Virus record (IMG/VR): IMGVR_UViG_3300045988_106519 | Location: 1 to 64,000 of that record | Direction: 5' to 3' (one strand) | Length of the DNA: 64,000 nucleotides | DNA from: a virus | Shown: piece by piece, positions 45,886 to 54,633 of the stretch | How positions within the stretch are numbered: position 1 is the first letter of the stretch | Layout of the letters: each line of letters begins with the position of its first letter | Made by a program: the position numbers and the translations under genes | Notes under the pieces: generated by a model | What the model was told of the DNA's origin: nothing | The model's input: the letters and a program-made list of their open reading frames with translations, nothing else | Database searches by the model: none

Positions 45886-46238
45886 AATTTTAAAATGTTA
45901 ATAATATTAGAACCCTATGTGAGTTACAACCTCACTACAATGCTTTTATTTAATAGGGCTAATTCCAACCTATTTAGTTTGATAGCATAACTAAAATCGG
46001 TACTAATAATAATAAGACCTCAATATACTTACTATCCTCATATATTGTCCTTTGTACGGTCTAATAATTAATACTAATTAGAGAAAAGCTTTTACACAAT
46101 ACAAATTTGTTGTTATTTAAGTGGACTTGTATTATGATTTTATTTATCCACATAAAATCCAAACACAAATTAAGCTATCCAGCGTTGCTTGTGTTTAGTT
46201 ATTATATTTATATTGAAGATTATGTTCTCTTGTTATTT

Positions 46239-46460
46239 TTAATGCTTCTTCTTTTTCGGTTTACTAAATTCATAAATTATATGATTGATTTGTGCATAAT
46301 CAAAATATTCAGAGAAATCTTCTGTATCAATAACTATACTATTTTTATGATACACTATATTAGCTGTATCATCTAGTGTAAAAAAACCACGATCATAAAC
46401 ACTTATAGTAATATAACCTCTAAGATTCTTCAGGGCTTTCTTTGTTTTACGAATACTCAT
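46239..46460 (-). CDS. hypothetical protein (73 aa)
   Basis: ORF track. Confidence 0.45.
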   Translation of the reverse strand: MSIRKTKKALKNLRGYITISVYDRGFFTLDDTANIVYHKNSIVIDTEDFSEYFDYAQINHIIYEFSKPKKKKH

Positions 46461-46598
46461 ATTTTTAAAGTGTTAAAGCGTTATACATAGACACAGAGTT
46501 ACCATCAGACTATCCAGTGCTAATAGTTCCTCTGTGTTTCGTCCAGTCTCATCAGTATGAATTTTTAAGTCTCCTGGCTGACTTAATTTAGAAATATT

Positions 46599-47012
46599 TT
46601 AATTTCCATATTTGTCTTCTGAACCATCATCTTCTCCTATTGGATTATCAAATCCATATTTAATAGCAACAGCTTTAAATAAAGGTAATCCATACATGGG
46701 ATAATTGTCAAAGTCTTTAAGAGGGTCTTCAAGTATAGTTAACCATCCCCTAACAACTTCATACATCATGCTTGCTGAAATACCTCGTTTATTTAAAGCT
46801 TTTTTAAAACCAAATGCAACATCCATTCTAAGCTGACTAATGATATTTTTCTTCGTGAATTTTTGAGGAGTCCAATTTGGTTCTTGAATTTCCCAACCTA
46901 TAGATTTTGCCTGTTCTATAGTAAGAAACTGACATAATCTATGTCCTAATCTATCTTCAAATGGAGTTTCAAACTTATTCCAATTATTAAGTATATAATC
47001 TAATTGTAGCAT
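46599..47012 (-). CDS. hypothetical protein (137 aa)
   Basis: ORF track. Confidence 0.5.
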   Translation of the reverse strand: MLQLDYILNNWNKFETPFEDRLGHRLCQFLTIEQAKSIGWEIQEPNWTPQKFTKKNIISQLRMDVAFGFKKALNKRGISASMMYEVVRGWLTILEDPLKDFDNYPMYGLPLFKAVAIKYGFDNPIGEDDGSEDKYGN

Positions 47013-47020
47013 GAGTTTTA

Positions 47021-47170
47021 TTAGTTTATATTTACAAGATTTCTGTTATACTGATTGTATGCAAGTGAGTTCTGTATGTTGTACCACTTGAATACTTGAA
47101 GGAATGATTTGTTCATAATGTTATTTTGTAGAGCAAATCTTATTATTGTTTGTAGATCTGATTTATCCAT
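47021..47170 (-). CDS. hypothetical small protein (49 aa)
   Basis: Hand-found ORF MDKSDLQTIIRFALQNNIMNKSF... Confidence 0.25.
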   Translation of the reverse strand: MDKSDLQTIIRFALQNNIMNKSFLQVFKWYNIQNSLAYNQYNRNLVNIN

Positions 47171-47181
47171 GTTGATTAATG

Positions 47182-47385
47182 CTAAGAGTTAAACAAATCC
47201 AAGAGGTCTTGGGTTGAGTATTCTATCTTAGTTGCAGATGGAGTAGGAGAGACATTCTTAGCCACACGCTTGGAAGGGTTCTCTTTATACTCCAACTGCA
47301 TCTGAGACAGTATAGAGAAAATGTCAGTATTATCGTCAATATTATTAGTTTTGACATACTGATTTACTTGTGTAAGAGTAATCAT
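47182..47385 (-). CDS. hypothetical protein (67 aa)
   Basis: ORF track. Confidence 0.45.
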   Translation of the reverse strand: MITLTQVNQYVKTNNIDDNTDIFSILSQMQLEYKENPSKRVAKNVSPTPSATKIEYSTQDLLDLFNS

Positions 47386-47549
47386 ATTATTTTAAGAATA
47401 TGACAAATCTGAGCTTCTGTAAGGGAAGGAAACTTATTGAGTAATAGTTTTTTTGTAAACTCAGGCTTAAGTTTAGCACCAGTTGAATGTCTTACTTCAT
47501 AGTTGGCAGCTATAAAAGAGAGTAGATTGGTGAGTTGTCTAGAATCCAT
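47382..47549 (-). CDS. hypothetical small protein (55 aa)
   Basis: Hand-found ORF MDSRQLTNLLSFIAANYEVRHSTG...; ATGA overlap with the next gene. Confidence 0.3.
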   Translation of the reverse strand: MDSRQLTNLLSFIAANYEVRHSTGAKLKPEFTKKLLLNKFPSLTEAQICHILKII

Positions 47550-47550
47550 A

Positions 47551-47832
47551 TTATTTTAGTTTGTCTAAACAATACTGATACCAACTTCTTTCATGCTGAC
47601 CAGTATATTTTGACATTGCGGGTACTTTTTCTAAGTAAGGTATTACTAATAAGGTTTCAATGAAATCGGCATTTTCACAACTTAGTTCAATGCCTTCTTC
47701 ATTCAAAACTACTCTTTGAGCTGTAATAGAAGGACTAGTTACTATTAACTTGCCCATTGAACGCCAAACTTGATTATGATGAAGAAATAATCCATGTTCA
47801 GGAAGGTTCTTTATTTCTGTTTTTGTTGCCAT
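47551..47832 (-). CDS. hypothetical protein (93 aa)
   Basis: ORF track. Confidence 0.5.
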   Translation of the reverse strand: MATKTEIKNLPEHGLFLHHNQVWRSMGKLIVTSPSITAQRVVLNEEGIELSCENADFIETLLVIPYLEKVPAMSKYTGQHERSWYQYCLDKLK

Positions 47833-47957
47833 AATTCTGCATATTTATTGATGTCTCCTTCTTTTAGTACATCATTTATTACTTGTGTAGTTGTACTATC
47901 TAAGTCAGACATATACATTCTCATAAATATTTCTAAATCTTTCATAGTTATGATATT

Positions 47958-48176
47958 TTATAGAATGTCACTTTCATCACATACCATTATGTCCTTGAAA
48001 CACTCAGCTATCGCTTCTTGTTTTGCAAGCATTTTAAAAGTATTGACTAAATGGTTGGTGTTCATATCTTTGATAGGAATGTTTTTACCATCTTTTGTTG
48101 TCCAGATAATAGAGCCAGAGTTGCGCTGTCTAAGTCACAACTCTAGCTTTAAGTCCTGTATAGTTGCTTTTTTCAT
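47958..48176 (-). CDS. small gene with an in-frame TGA at codon 14
   Basis: Hand translation gives MKKATIQDLKLEL*LRQRNSGSIIWTTKDGKNIPIKDMNTNHLVNTFKMLAKQEAIAECFKDIMVCDESDIL. The ATG at 48176 overlaps the upstream stop (ATGA). The TGA lies at 48135-48137. Confidence 0.35.
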
Positions 48177-48529
48177 GCTATTTGTATTTCTACTTTATCA
48201 AAAGGACACTGAGCAAATAATACTCTTTCTAATGTTTCAAGACATACACAGGCTATAGAATTTCCTCTTCTAACACCTTTAAAAGTAGCTCCTTCATTTG
48301 CCTTAAAATATAGAATCTCATGTTCCTTAGGAAAACAAGATAACAAAGAAGTCATAGCAGCATCAGTAAGCCAATATTCTTGGTAGTATCTACCTTTATG
48401 AGTCTTGGACATAACAATGCTATTATGTTTCTGCTTAAGTAACTTATCTGTAGCTGTTGGCTCATTCTTAGCCATAAATCCAAGATTATAGTTTGGATAT
48501 GTATCAAAAAACTCTTTTACTTGTATCAT
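48173..48529 (-). CDS. hypothetical protein (118 aa)
   Basis: The track ORF begins at a TTG; the start is moved to the ATG at 48529 (MIQVKEFF). Confidence 0.5.
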   Translation of the reverse strand: MIQVKEFFDTYPNYNLGFMAKNEPTATDKLLKQKHNSIVMSKTHKGRYYQEYWLTDAAMTSLLSCFPKEHEILYFKANEGATFKGVRRGNSIACVCLETLERVLFAQCPFDKVEIQIA

Positions 48530-48700
48530 TGTGATAATGTTTTTGTAATACTTAAAGAGAAATGTTGTAAAAAATGTAATATTGCTAAGTAGTTTTAACA
48601 AAAAAGTAGCTGGATAAGTTGCTGAAAGATAGATAGTTGACTTTTAAGAAGCAGTAAAAAATACTATAGGATTTAAAAGTGTGAAAGAATTGCCAGTTAA

Positions 48701-48726
48701 GAAAACCTCTTTATTGGGGAGAGGAT
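48701..48726 (-). terminator. Short hairpin plus T-run downstream of 48808-49128
   Basis: Minus strand reads CCTCT-CCCCAATAA-AGAGG-TTTTC. Confidence 0.35.
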
Positions 48727-48807
48727 TAATAACCAGCAATTCTAACACCTAACTATCTATAACACAATTACTTACAAACTTATTACACATACAATTTTAC
48801 TGTGCAA

Positions 48808-49128
48808 TTAGATGCCTAAATTGACATCCTGCCAAGCATTAGCACCAGCATTGCAAAGTGAGAAGTTACCACTATCAAGTTCAACAACCTGTAGTTCATC
48901 CTTTTTCTCTGCAATCTCCTTAGGTGAGAGAACACCAAGTTTAGAAGAGAAGGCTACAAAGGTTCTTGTGTTATCACTTGGATTAGTGAAGATGCAAGAC
49001 TTGAACATTTCTCCTGACTCTTGGTTGACAAATTCTCCAACCTGCATTTTACCATGAGACTTAGCAAAGTCAATGAGAGACCATGAATCCTTGATACCTT
49101 TCAAAACTGAACCATTATTGGTAGACAT
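48808..49128 (-). CDS. hypothetical protein, paralog A of 51945-52259
   Basis: Shared KMQVGEFVN.ESG..FKSCIFT...TRTFVAFSSKLGVLSP.EIA..KD.LQVV. Confidence 0.6.
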   Translation of the reverse strand: MSTNNGSVLKGIKDSWSLIDFAKSHGKMQVGEFVNQESGEMFKSCIFTNPSDNTRTFVAFSSKLGVLSPKEIAEKKDELQVVELDSGNFSLCNAGANAWQDVNLGI

Positions 49129-49579
49129 TATACTTCCTCATCTCAGAGGCACTATCATTTGTAGACAATGACTAACTGACTGCAATATAATATTATTCCT
49201 CAAGGACAGTCAACCCTATTGGAATTATAAAACTATTAGAAGGCAGATATTCTGAGAATCCTCTATATCCCCTCAAGATATAGGAGTGGTGATGTGTCCC
49301 TTAAAATCTTATAAAACTATAAAACTTCTTTTCTTACAGAACTTACAGAAAAGAAAGAAATATATAAAGAAAGAAAAGATATGAGATTTGACATACATAA
49401 TCTATGTATAAGAAGTTTGTTGAATACAATTTCATTGACCTTTACTATAGGTATTGTTAATATAATGAATAGTATTCTATTCATCAATAAGTAATAAGAT
49501 ATTGTGAAGAAAAATACTATAGAATTAAATAAACAAATACTAATCTATTAATCAATAAATCATATGCTTCTGTTTCAAC

Positions 49580-49619
49580 AAATGCTAAAGTATTGAGGTA
49601 TTAAATGCTAAAGTATTGA
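49580..49619. repeat. Tandem direct repeat AAATGCTAAAGTATTGA x2, period 23
   Basis: Exact 17-mers at 49580-49596 and 49603-49619. Confidence 0.8.
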
Positions 49620-50202
49620 ACAGAAAGTACTAGTGTAATAAAAATACGCTACTAATATAGTTAAATATGTTAAATAATTTGGTAATATAAAAACTCAGCA
49701 TATATTACTATATAATAGTAACAGATTTTCAACAAATAGGGTAGAGTGGATTAGTTCTATAGGGTTTAGTGAAGCAATATATTGTACAGAATGAAACAAC
49801 ATTTAGTGTAGATAAGCATAGATAAGTAGGGTAGATATGAGTAATTAAGTACTAAAGAATGAGGTATACAAATACTATAGAAGTTACTCAATATTTAGTA
49901 AAGAATAATATCAACAAATACTATTGTGTTTAATGATATTTACTATAAAAGACTAACTGTGATGTGTTCCCTTTAGCTTATTAATCTAAGTATATTTGAA
50001 GAGGAATGTTCCTTCTGACCAGTAAAAGATAATAGTAGTAAGATTTATATAGAATAAGCTAAGTTTCTGTTTAGAATTGTGCTACTTTTCTCTCTTGGTT
50101 TGAGAGATTAGAGTGACTGAAAAATACTGATAGTACATCTTTATATGTTTGCATATATTATTGTAAAAACTGTAGTATAAGCTAAAAACTAATGATTGAA
50201 AT

Positions 50203-50234
50203 AAAAAAGCTAGCCCAATAGGGTTAGCTTTTAT
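50203..50234 (-). terminator. Strong bidirectional-looking hairpin downstream of 50247-50441
   Basis: AAAAGCTAGCCC-AATA-GGGTTAGCTTTT. On the minus strand it is followed by TTTTTTATTT. Confidence 0.6.
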
Positions 50235-50246
50235 TCTGTCTAAGAC

Positions 50247-50441
50247 TTAAGACCTTAAAAATTTATACCAAGTTGAATAACCACTATACTTAATAAACTC
50301 TCTAAAGGTGATATTATTGTAGCACCATACAATTAAAGTTATATCAAGTGCTGCAAGAACTAACCAAGTAAGAGATAACTCTGTACAGCAGATGAGCAAT
50401 GTAGAAAGAGTAAATGTTATGTAAAATATGATTGCTTTCAT
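50247..50441 (-). CDS. small membrane protein (64 aa)
   Basis: Two hydrophobic segments. Confidence 0.5.
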   Translation of the reverse strand: MKAIIFYITFTLSTLLICCTELSLTWLVLAALDITLIVWCYNNITFREFIKYSGYSTWYKFLRS

Positions 50442-50463
50442 GATTGATATTTTTTATGAATGG

Positions 50464-50498
50464 AAAAAGGCTGCAAGGTAATGTACCAAGCAGCCTTT
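50464..50498 (-). terminator. Hairpin plus T-run downstream of 50508-50765
   Basis: Minus strand reads AAAGGCTGC-(15 nt)-GCAGCCTTT-TTCC. Confidence 0.5.
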
Positions 50499-50507
50499 GT
50501 TTAGTGA

Positions 50508-50765
50508 TTATAGTCCAAGAGCTTTGCAGTGAATATTGTACTCTTCAATAGAGACCTTGATGTTTCTTCCAAAGATTTTGATTGTCTTGTACTTTGGAGT
50601 GATAGTATTGTCCTTGAAGATAGGTACATCAATACTTATCTCTCCATTTATTATCATGTTGTTGAAGTGAGAATGTCTTTCTTCAAGCATATTAAGGTGA
50701 ACTCTCTTGCTGGCTTCATAGTTATCACTTGAGCATACAGCATTACGGTTGATTTTCTTTCTCAT
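50508..50765 (-). CDS. hypothetical protein (85 aa)
   Basis: ORF track. Confidence 0.5.
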   Translation of the reverse strand: MRKKINRNAVCSSDNYEASKRVHLNMLEERHSHFNNMIINGEISIDVPIFKDNTITPKYKTIKIFGRNIKVSIEEYNIHCKALGL

Positions 50766-50782
50766 AGTTGTAAAGGATTTAG

Positions 50783-51061
50783 TTATTGATAAAGCTTGTT
50801 TATAAAATAGGAAAGTGTGCTTTCACATTGAATACTATCTAGTTTAGCTCTTGACTCATAATAATCTTGTGGGTCAAAAGCATCTACCCAGTCATATTTA
50901 TTATCAAGAGTATCAAGCAAATCTTCTGTAGCTTTGTTGTATGAATTATAAGCACTAAGAAGATTGTTAACTCTTGTATTGTTAGTATTTTGGCATACCA
51001 TAAAACCTGCAACCATACCAATTATCATTGATATGATGCAAAGAATGATAATTTTTTTCAT
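50783..51061 (-). CDS. membrane-anchored protein (92 aa)
   Basis: N-terminal TM segment IIILCIISMIIGMVAGFMV. Confidence 0.5.
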   Translation of the reverse strand: MKKIIILCIISMIIGMVAGFMVCQNTNNTRVNNLLSAYNSYNKATEDLLDTLDNKYDWVDAFDPQDYYESRAKLDSIQCESTLSYFINKLYQ

Positions 51062-51126
51062 TGTTATTGTGTGTAGATAATAAAAGGTAAGAAAATCAAT
51101 GTCTTCTTACCCTAATCTTTATATCA

Positions 51127-51453
51127 TTAAATATCTGATGGAATAGCTGGTATATCACAATATCCTACTATTATTCCTTCATATTTTAAGTTTGAATAAT
51201 AATGAACTTCTACTTCTTCTGATGTATTAAGGTCATTATCATAACTGTCTTCTGTAGACCAGTTATATTCAAATGACATCTTAAAGAGTCTTTTCTGTGC
51301 ATACATTATACACTCATAATGGGTATTATTACCACCTGTAGGATATCCTATTACATCAAGTACTACTGCTTTTATAGGATGCTCTACATTAGGAATAGTT
51401 ATTTCTAATATCTGTCCTTTCTCTATAGGTTGTCCATATATTATTTTTTCCAT
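51127..51453 (-). CDS. hypothetical protein (108 aa)
   Basis: ORF track. Confidence 0.5.
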   Translation of the reverse strand: MEKIIYGQPIEKGQILEITIPNVEHPIKAVVLDVIGYPTGGNNTHYECIMYAQKRLFKMSFEYNWSTEDSYDNDLNTSEEVEVHYYSNLKYEGIIVGYCDIPAIPSDI

Positions 51454-51511
51454 AATTCTTTTATTTAGAAGTAGTGCAGAGTTTTTTACTCCACACTACT
51501 TGTTATACATA

Positions 51512-51856
51512 TTACCATTCACCTTTCAAGGTGGCAATGAGTTCTTCTCTTACATAAGAAGGAAGCTCTACACCATAGGCTTCATCAAAGAATTTGCCTA
51601 ATGTAAGTACAAAAGTATCTGTTACTTCATTAGTTTCACCTACTGTAAAGAATACTTCATATCCATCTATAGGTATAGTTTCTCCTTCTTTTGGAACAGC
51701 ATAGCCATTAAACTCTATCATATCTCCTTGGAAGTCGGCAAGGTCATTTAAACAGTCTTCAAAATGATATATCATGAAGTTTTTTAGTTCTTCACAATTG
51801 TTGAGGCATTCAAATGTTGGAATTTTATTTTCAATCATAATAAAAACAGTCTTCAT
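51512..51856 (-). CDS. hypothetical acidic protein (114 aa)
   Basis: ORF track. Confidence 0.5.
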   Translation of the reverse strand: MKTVFIMIENKIPTFECLNNCEELKNFMIYHFEDCLNDLADFQGDMIEFNGYAVPKEGETIPIDGYEVFFTVGETNEVTDTFVLTLGKFFDEAYGVELPSYVREELIATLKGEW

Positions 51857-51944
51857 ACTAGAGTAGACTGAAAGAACTTTTGTTAATACTTTAAAGAATG
51901 ATTATTTTAATGAAAGGAGGAGCAGAAGCCCCTCCTTTATATTC

Positions 51945-52259
51945 TTAGAGTCCAAGGTCAACATTTTCCCAAGAGTCCTGCCCCTGATGGCAAAGTGAAT
52001 ACATGTCATCACCATCCTTTGTCTCACAGAGAACCACCTGAAGGTCATCCTTCTGTGCTGCAATTTCTCTTGGAGAGAGAACACCAAGCTTGCTGCTGAA
52101 TGCAACAAAGGTGCGAGTGTCACCCTTTGTGAAGATGCAGCTCTTAAATTTGTCACCAGATTCTGAGTTTACAAACTCACCAACCTGCATCTTAGGACCA
52201 AACTCTCTTGCAAATGAGAGAAGTGACCAGCTGTTCTTGATTTTGTTTGCCTGTGCCAT
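51945..52259 (-). CDS. hypothetical protein, paralog B of 48808-49128
   Basis: Start moved to the ATG at 52259 (MAQANKIKNSW), which aligns with the paralog A N-terminus. Confidence 0.6.
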   Translation of the reverse strand: MAQANKIKNSWSLLSFAREFGPKMQVGEFVNSESGDKFKSCIFTKGDTRTFVAFSSKLGVLSPREIAAQKDDLQVVLCETKDGDDMYSLCHQGQDSWENVDLGL

Positions 52260-52561
52260 AGATAGTTGCCTCATAGCAGGACTTCATTAGTGCTATGCCT
52301 TTAGTTCCTCGGATGCTTTCTCCAGAGGCATGTATGCAGATGGATATTTGCCATTGAACAAACTGACAAATGGAAGGTTACTATTCTTCACCCTCAAATC
52401 ATCATGGAATGAAATACCCCAGGGGGTATATCCCACTCCAAGATATAGTGGGGGTGGTGTGTTACATTATCTTCCCTCTTTATACACACACTTCATTTTT
52501 CATCATTATCTATATCTACACATTTTATTATATACTATTTTGCTGTTAAAAGTATTATAAG

Positions 52562-52569
52562 TAACTTTG
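52562..52569 (+). promoter_or_regulatory. -7 box TAACTTTG upstream of 52605
   Basis: TAnnTTTG match 36 nt upstream of the ATG. Confidence 0.3.
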
Positions 52570-52604
52570 CAACAGAGCATTAGTAACAAATACATCTATA
52601 AGAA

Positions 52605-52925
52605 ATGAAAGGATTGGAAGTATATATCTCAAAGCATGGTAGGCACTTTACTGAAAGACTTGCCATTGCAGCTATAGACAATAGATGGAGTCCCTCAGAA
52701 ATAGAAAGATCTTCTGAAGCAATGGTTTATTATAATGTGTCTGAGGCAACATTAGGAGATATAGTATTTCTAGTCAATAAGTATAAGAAGAATCATTGTT
52801 GTGCTACTAAGAAGAAATGTCTTAGATATGCTCTTAATATAATAGGAGATTATAGTTCCAATGGTTATGCTTTTACTCTGTTTACTTTACTGAATAGCAG
52901 TATAGATTTAAAAGAATATGTATAA
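52605..52925 (+). CDS. hypothetical protein (106 aa)
   Basis: ORF track. The only plus-strand gene here; followed by a hairpin. Confidence 0.5.
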   Translation: MKGLEVYISKHGRHFTERLAIAAIDNRWSPSEIERSSEAMVYYNVSEATLGDIVFLVNKYKKNHCCATKKKCLRYALNIIGDYSSNGYAFTLFTLLNSSIDLKEYV

Positions 52926-52932
52926 AACAATA

Positions 52933-52962
52933 TAAGAGGAGGCTATTACAGCTTCCTCTTAT
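52933..52962. terminator. Hairpin between convergent genes
   Basis: AAGAGGAGGC-TATTACA-GCTTCCTCTT (one mismatch). Confidence 0.45.
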
Positions 52963-52995
52963 CCAATTAATTATAAATCTTTAAACGTATGAACA

Positions 52996-53379
52996 TTATT
53001 TTACATTACCTAACTTATCTGCCCAAGCTTCTGTGTAAAACCAATTGTATGATTTGTCTGGAGCTATAGTCTTATGTGTCATAGCCCATAGTATACTTGG
53101 AATACCTATTATAATAAGGTATAGTGGTCCGAGATACAAACTCTGCCTTGTATGTCCATACTCATGTTTTATAGTATTCTCAGTTGCTTTTGGAGAAATG
53201 AATATGTAATTTCCAAATGTTACACTTCCTGAAGAATACTTTGTATAAACCTTTATCCCTTTATATTTTGTTATTGCAGGAATCTGATTCTCTACTATCA
53301 AATAGCTCAAATAAATTAGAGCAATAATGTTCTGAGGCAACTGCCAAATGTATTTCAGAACTGACTTTATTCTTTTCAT
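52996..53379 (-). CDS. Membrane protein with HExxH motif
   Basis: 127 aa. TM segments plus IKHEYGHTRQS. Confidence 0.45.
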   Translation of the reverse strand: MKRIKSVLKYIWQLPQNIIALIYLSYLIVENQIPAITKYKGIKVYTKYSSGSVTFGNYIFISPKATENTIKHEYGHTRQSLYLGPLYLIIIGIPSILWAMTHKTIAPDKSYNWFYTEAWADKLGNVK

Positions 53380-53387
53380 AGTAATCT

Positions 53388-53855
53388 TTATTTTATTGTT
53401 ATCTCAATATTCTCACCTTTCTTGTATGCAGTATACATTATATTATATAGCTTCAAGAAATAGTCCTTTGACTTTGTAACCATTCCTTTCACATCATTCT
53501 TTCCTACAAGTATACAACCTTCTGTATCTTTGGCTGTGTTTCCTGCATGTATCAGTACACCATCATATCCAGGAACTTTCTCAAGTCTTGGTATTCTTGC
53601 ACCATTACAATTCTTTACATACCAACTACTCTTGCTGTATTTTGGACTAACAATATCCATACTTATCTTATAAGTTCCAGTAGGTATTGCTGTTTCACCA
53701 ACTTTCTTCTTTTTCTTAATCTCTTCAATGGACATACTGCTTGTTAAACTTCTATCTCTATCTTCCAAAGTATTTGAGAAGAATACACCATCAACATATA
53801 ACTTACCAATAGTATAATCCTTTTTTTTCCATTTTCTATCTATCAATATCTTCAT
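53388..53855 (-). CDS. Candidate cell-wall enzyme (YkuD-like / DUF5675-like)
   Basis: GKLYVDG..FSNTLED ... IPTGTYKI ... VLIHAGNTAKDTEGCILVG resembles the H...GC catalytic pattern of L,D-transpeptidase-fold proteins. This is inference only. Confidence 0.35.
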   Translation of the reverse strand: MKILIDRKWKKKDYTIGKLYVDGVFFSNTLEDRDRSLTSSMSIEEIKKKKKVGETAIPTGTYKISMDIVSPKYSKSSWYVKNCNGARIPRLEKVPGYDGVLIHAGNTAKDTEGCILVGKNDVKGMVTKSKDYFLKLYNIMYTAYKKGENIEITIK

Positions 53856-53981
53856 ATTATATATGTATTAGTTATAACACAAAGGTACTATTATATGTTT
53901 CTCTATGAAAGTAGTTAAATGAATGTATTAACATGATATAAATGGTATTATTAGGTTATTGTCATGTAAGTCTATTGATTA

Positions 53982-53989
53982 TATCTTTG
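53982..53989 (+). promoter_or_regulatory. -7 box TATCTTTG with extended TTTGCAGTACTTAAA
   Basis: TATATCTTTGCAGTACTTAAAG about 20 nt upstream of the ATG at 54010. The 15 nt beyond the box are identical at 56558-56572. Confidence 0.45.
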
Positions 53990-54009
53990 CAGTACTTAAA
54001 GAAAACAAA

Positions 54010-54633
54010 ATGGAAAAGTTAAAGAAATATGTTTGTATTGGAAGTATTGTATTAATGATAATAACAATAATTGTTCTATGTTTTATACTTAAAAGTAAGG
54101 TCAAAACGGAGAATAGATGGAAAGAAGCTATTACTAATGTAAAGTCCTACGAGAATATGTTCAGTGATTCTAAGGACAATAGTATAGCATTCCAATTGAC
54201 TATTGCTCAGTTGAAGCATTCCAATGACTCCATCTTCCAAGAGCTTAATAATACAAGAAAGGAACTGAAGATAAAAGACTCCAAGCTAAAGAGCTTGCAG
54301 CATATATCTTCTAACTTCACAAAATCTGATATTATAATTTTGAAAGACACTGTTTTTAAAAACAAGGGGATTAATATTGATACTCTGTTATCAGATGAAT
54401 GGTATTCTGTGAGGGTTGGTCTAAGATACCCTTCATCTGTAACTGTCACACCAAAATTCAAGAGTGTGAAAACTGTGATAGTATCAACTAAGAAGGAAAC
54501 AGTTAATCCTCCAAAGAGGTTCTTCTTATTCAGATGGTTTCAAAAGAAACACACTGTTCTACATGTGAATGTAGTTGAGAAGAATCCTTATATAGAAAGT
54601 CAGGATAACAGATACGTTGAGATTATTAAGTAA
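54010..54633 (+). CDS. N-terminally anchored coiled-coil membrane protein
   Basis: MEKLKKYVCIGSIVLMIITIIVLCFIL, then a coiled-coil-like region. The track start (TTG at 53959) is replaced by the ATG at 54010. Confidence 0.5.
   Translation: MEKLKKYVCIGSIVLMIITIIVLCFILKSKVKTENRWKEAITNVKSYENMFSDSKDNSIAFQLTIAQLKHSNDSIFQELNNTRKELKIKDSKLKSLQHISSNFTKSDIIILKDTVFKNKGINIDTLLSDEWYSVRVGLRYPSSVTVTPKFKSVKTVIVSTKKETVNPPKRFFLFRWFQKKHTVLHVNVVEKNPYIESQDNRYVEIIK

Larger units (their letters stand above)
49129..50246. other. 1.1-kb non-coding AT-rich region with multiple short repeats (candidate regulatory hub or origin)
   Basis: No ORF of 60 aa or more on either strand. Repeats are listed under findings. Confidence 0.5.

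Noticed and set aside
46536-46555. Minus strand reads CTGATGAGACTGGACGAAAC, resembling the hammerhead ribozyme core (CUGAUGA...GAAAC).
   Set aside because: The segment between the two boxes (GACTGGAC) cannot form stem II, and I found no matching stems I/III or cleavage triplet.
51902-52156. 84-aa minus-strand ORF overlapping paralog B in another frame.
   Set aside because: The other frame is supported by strong similarity to paralog A. This ORF has no such support.
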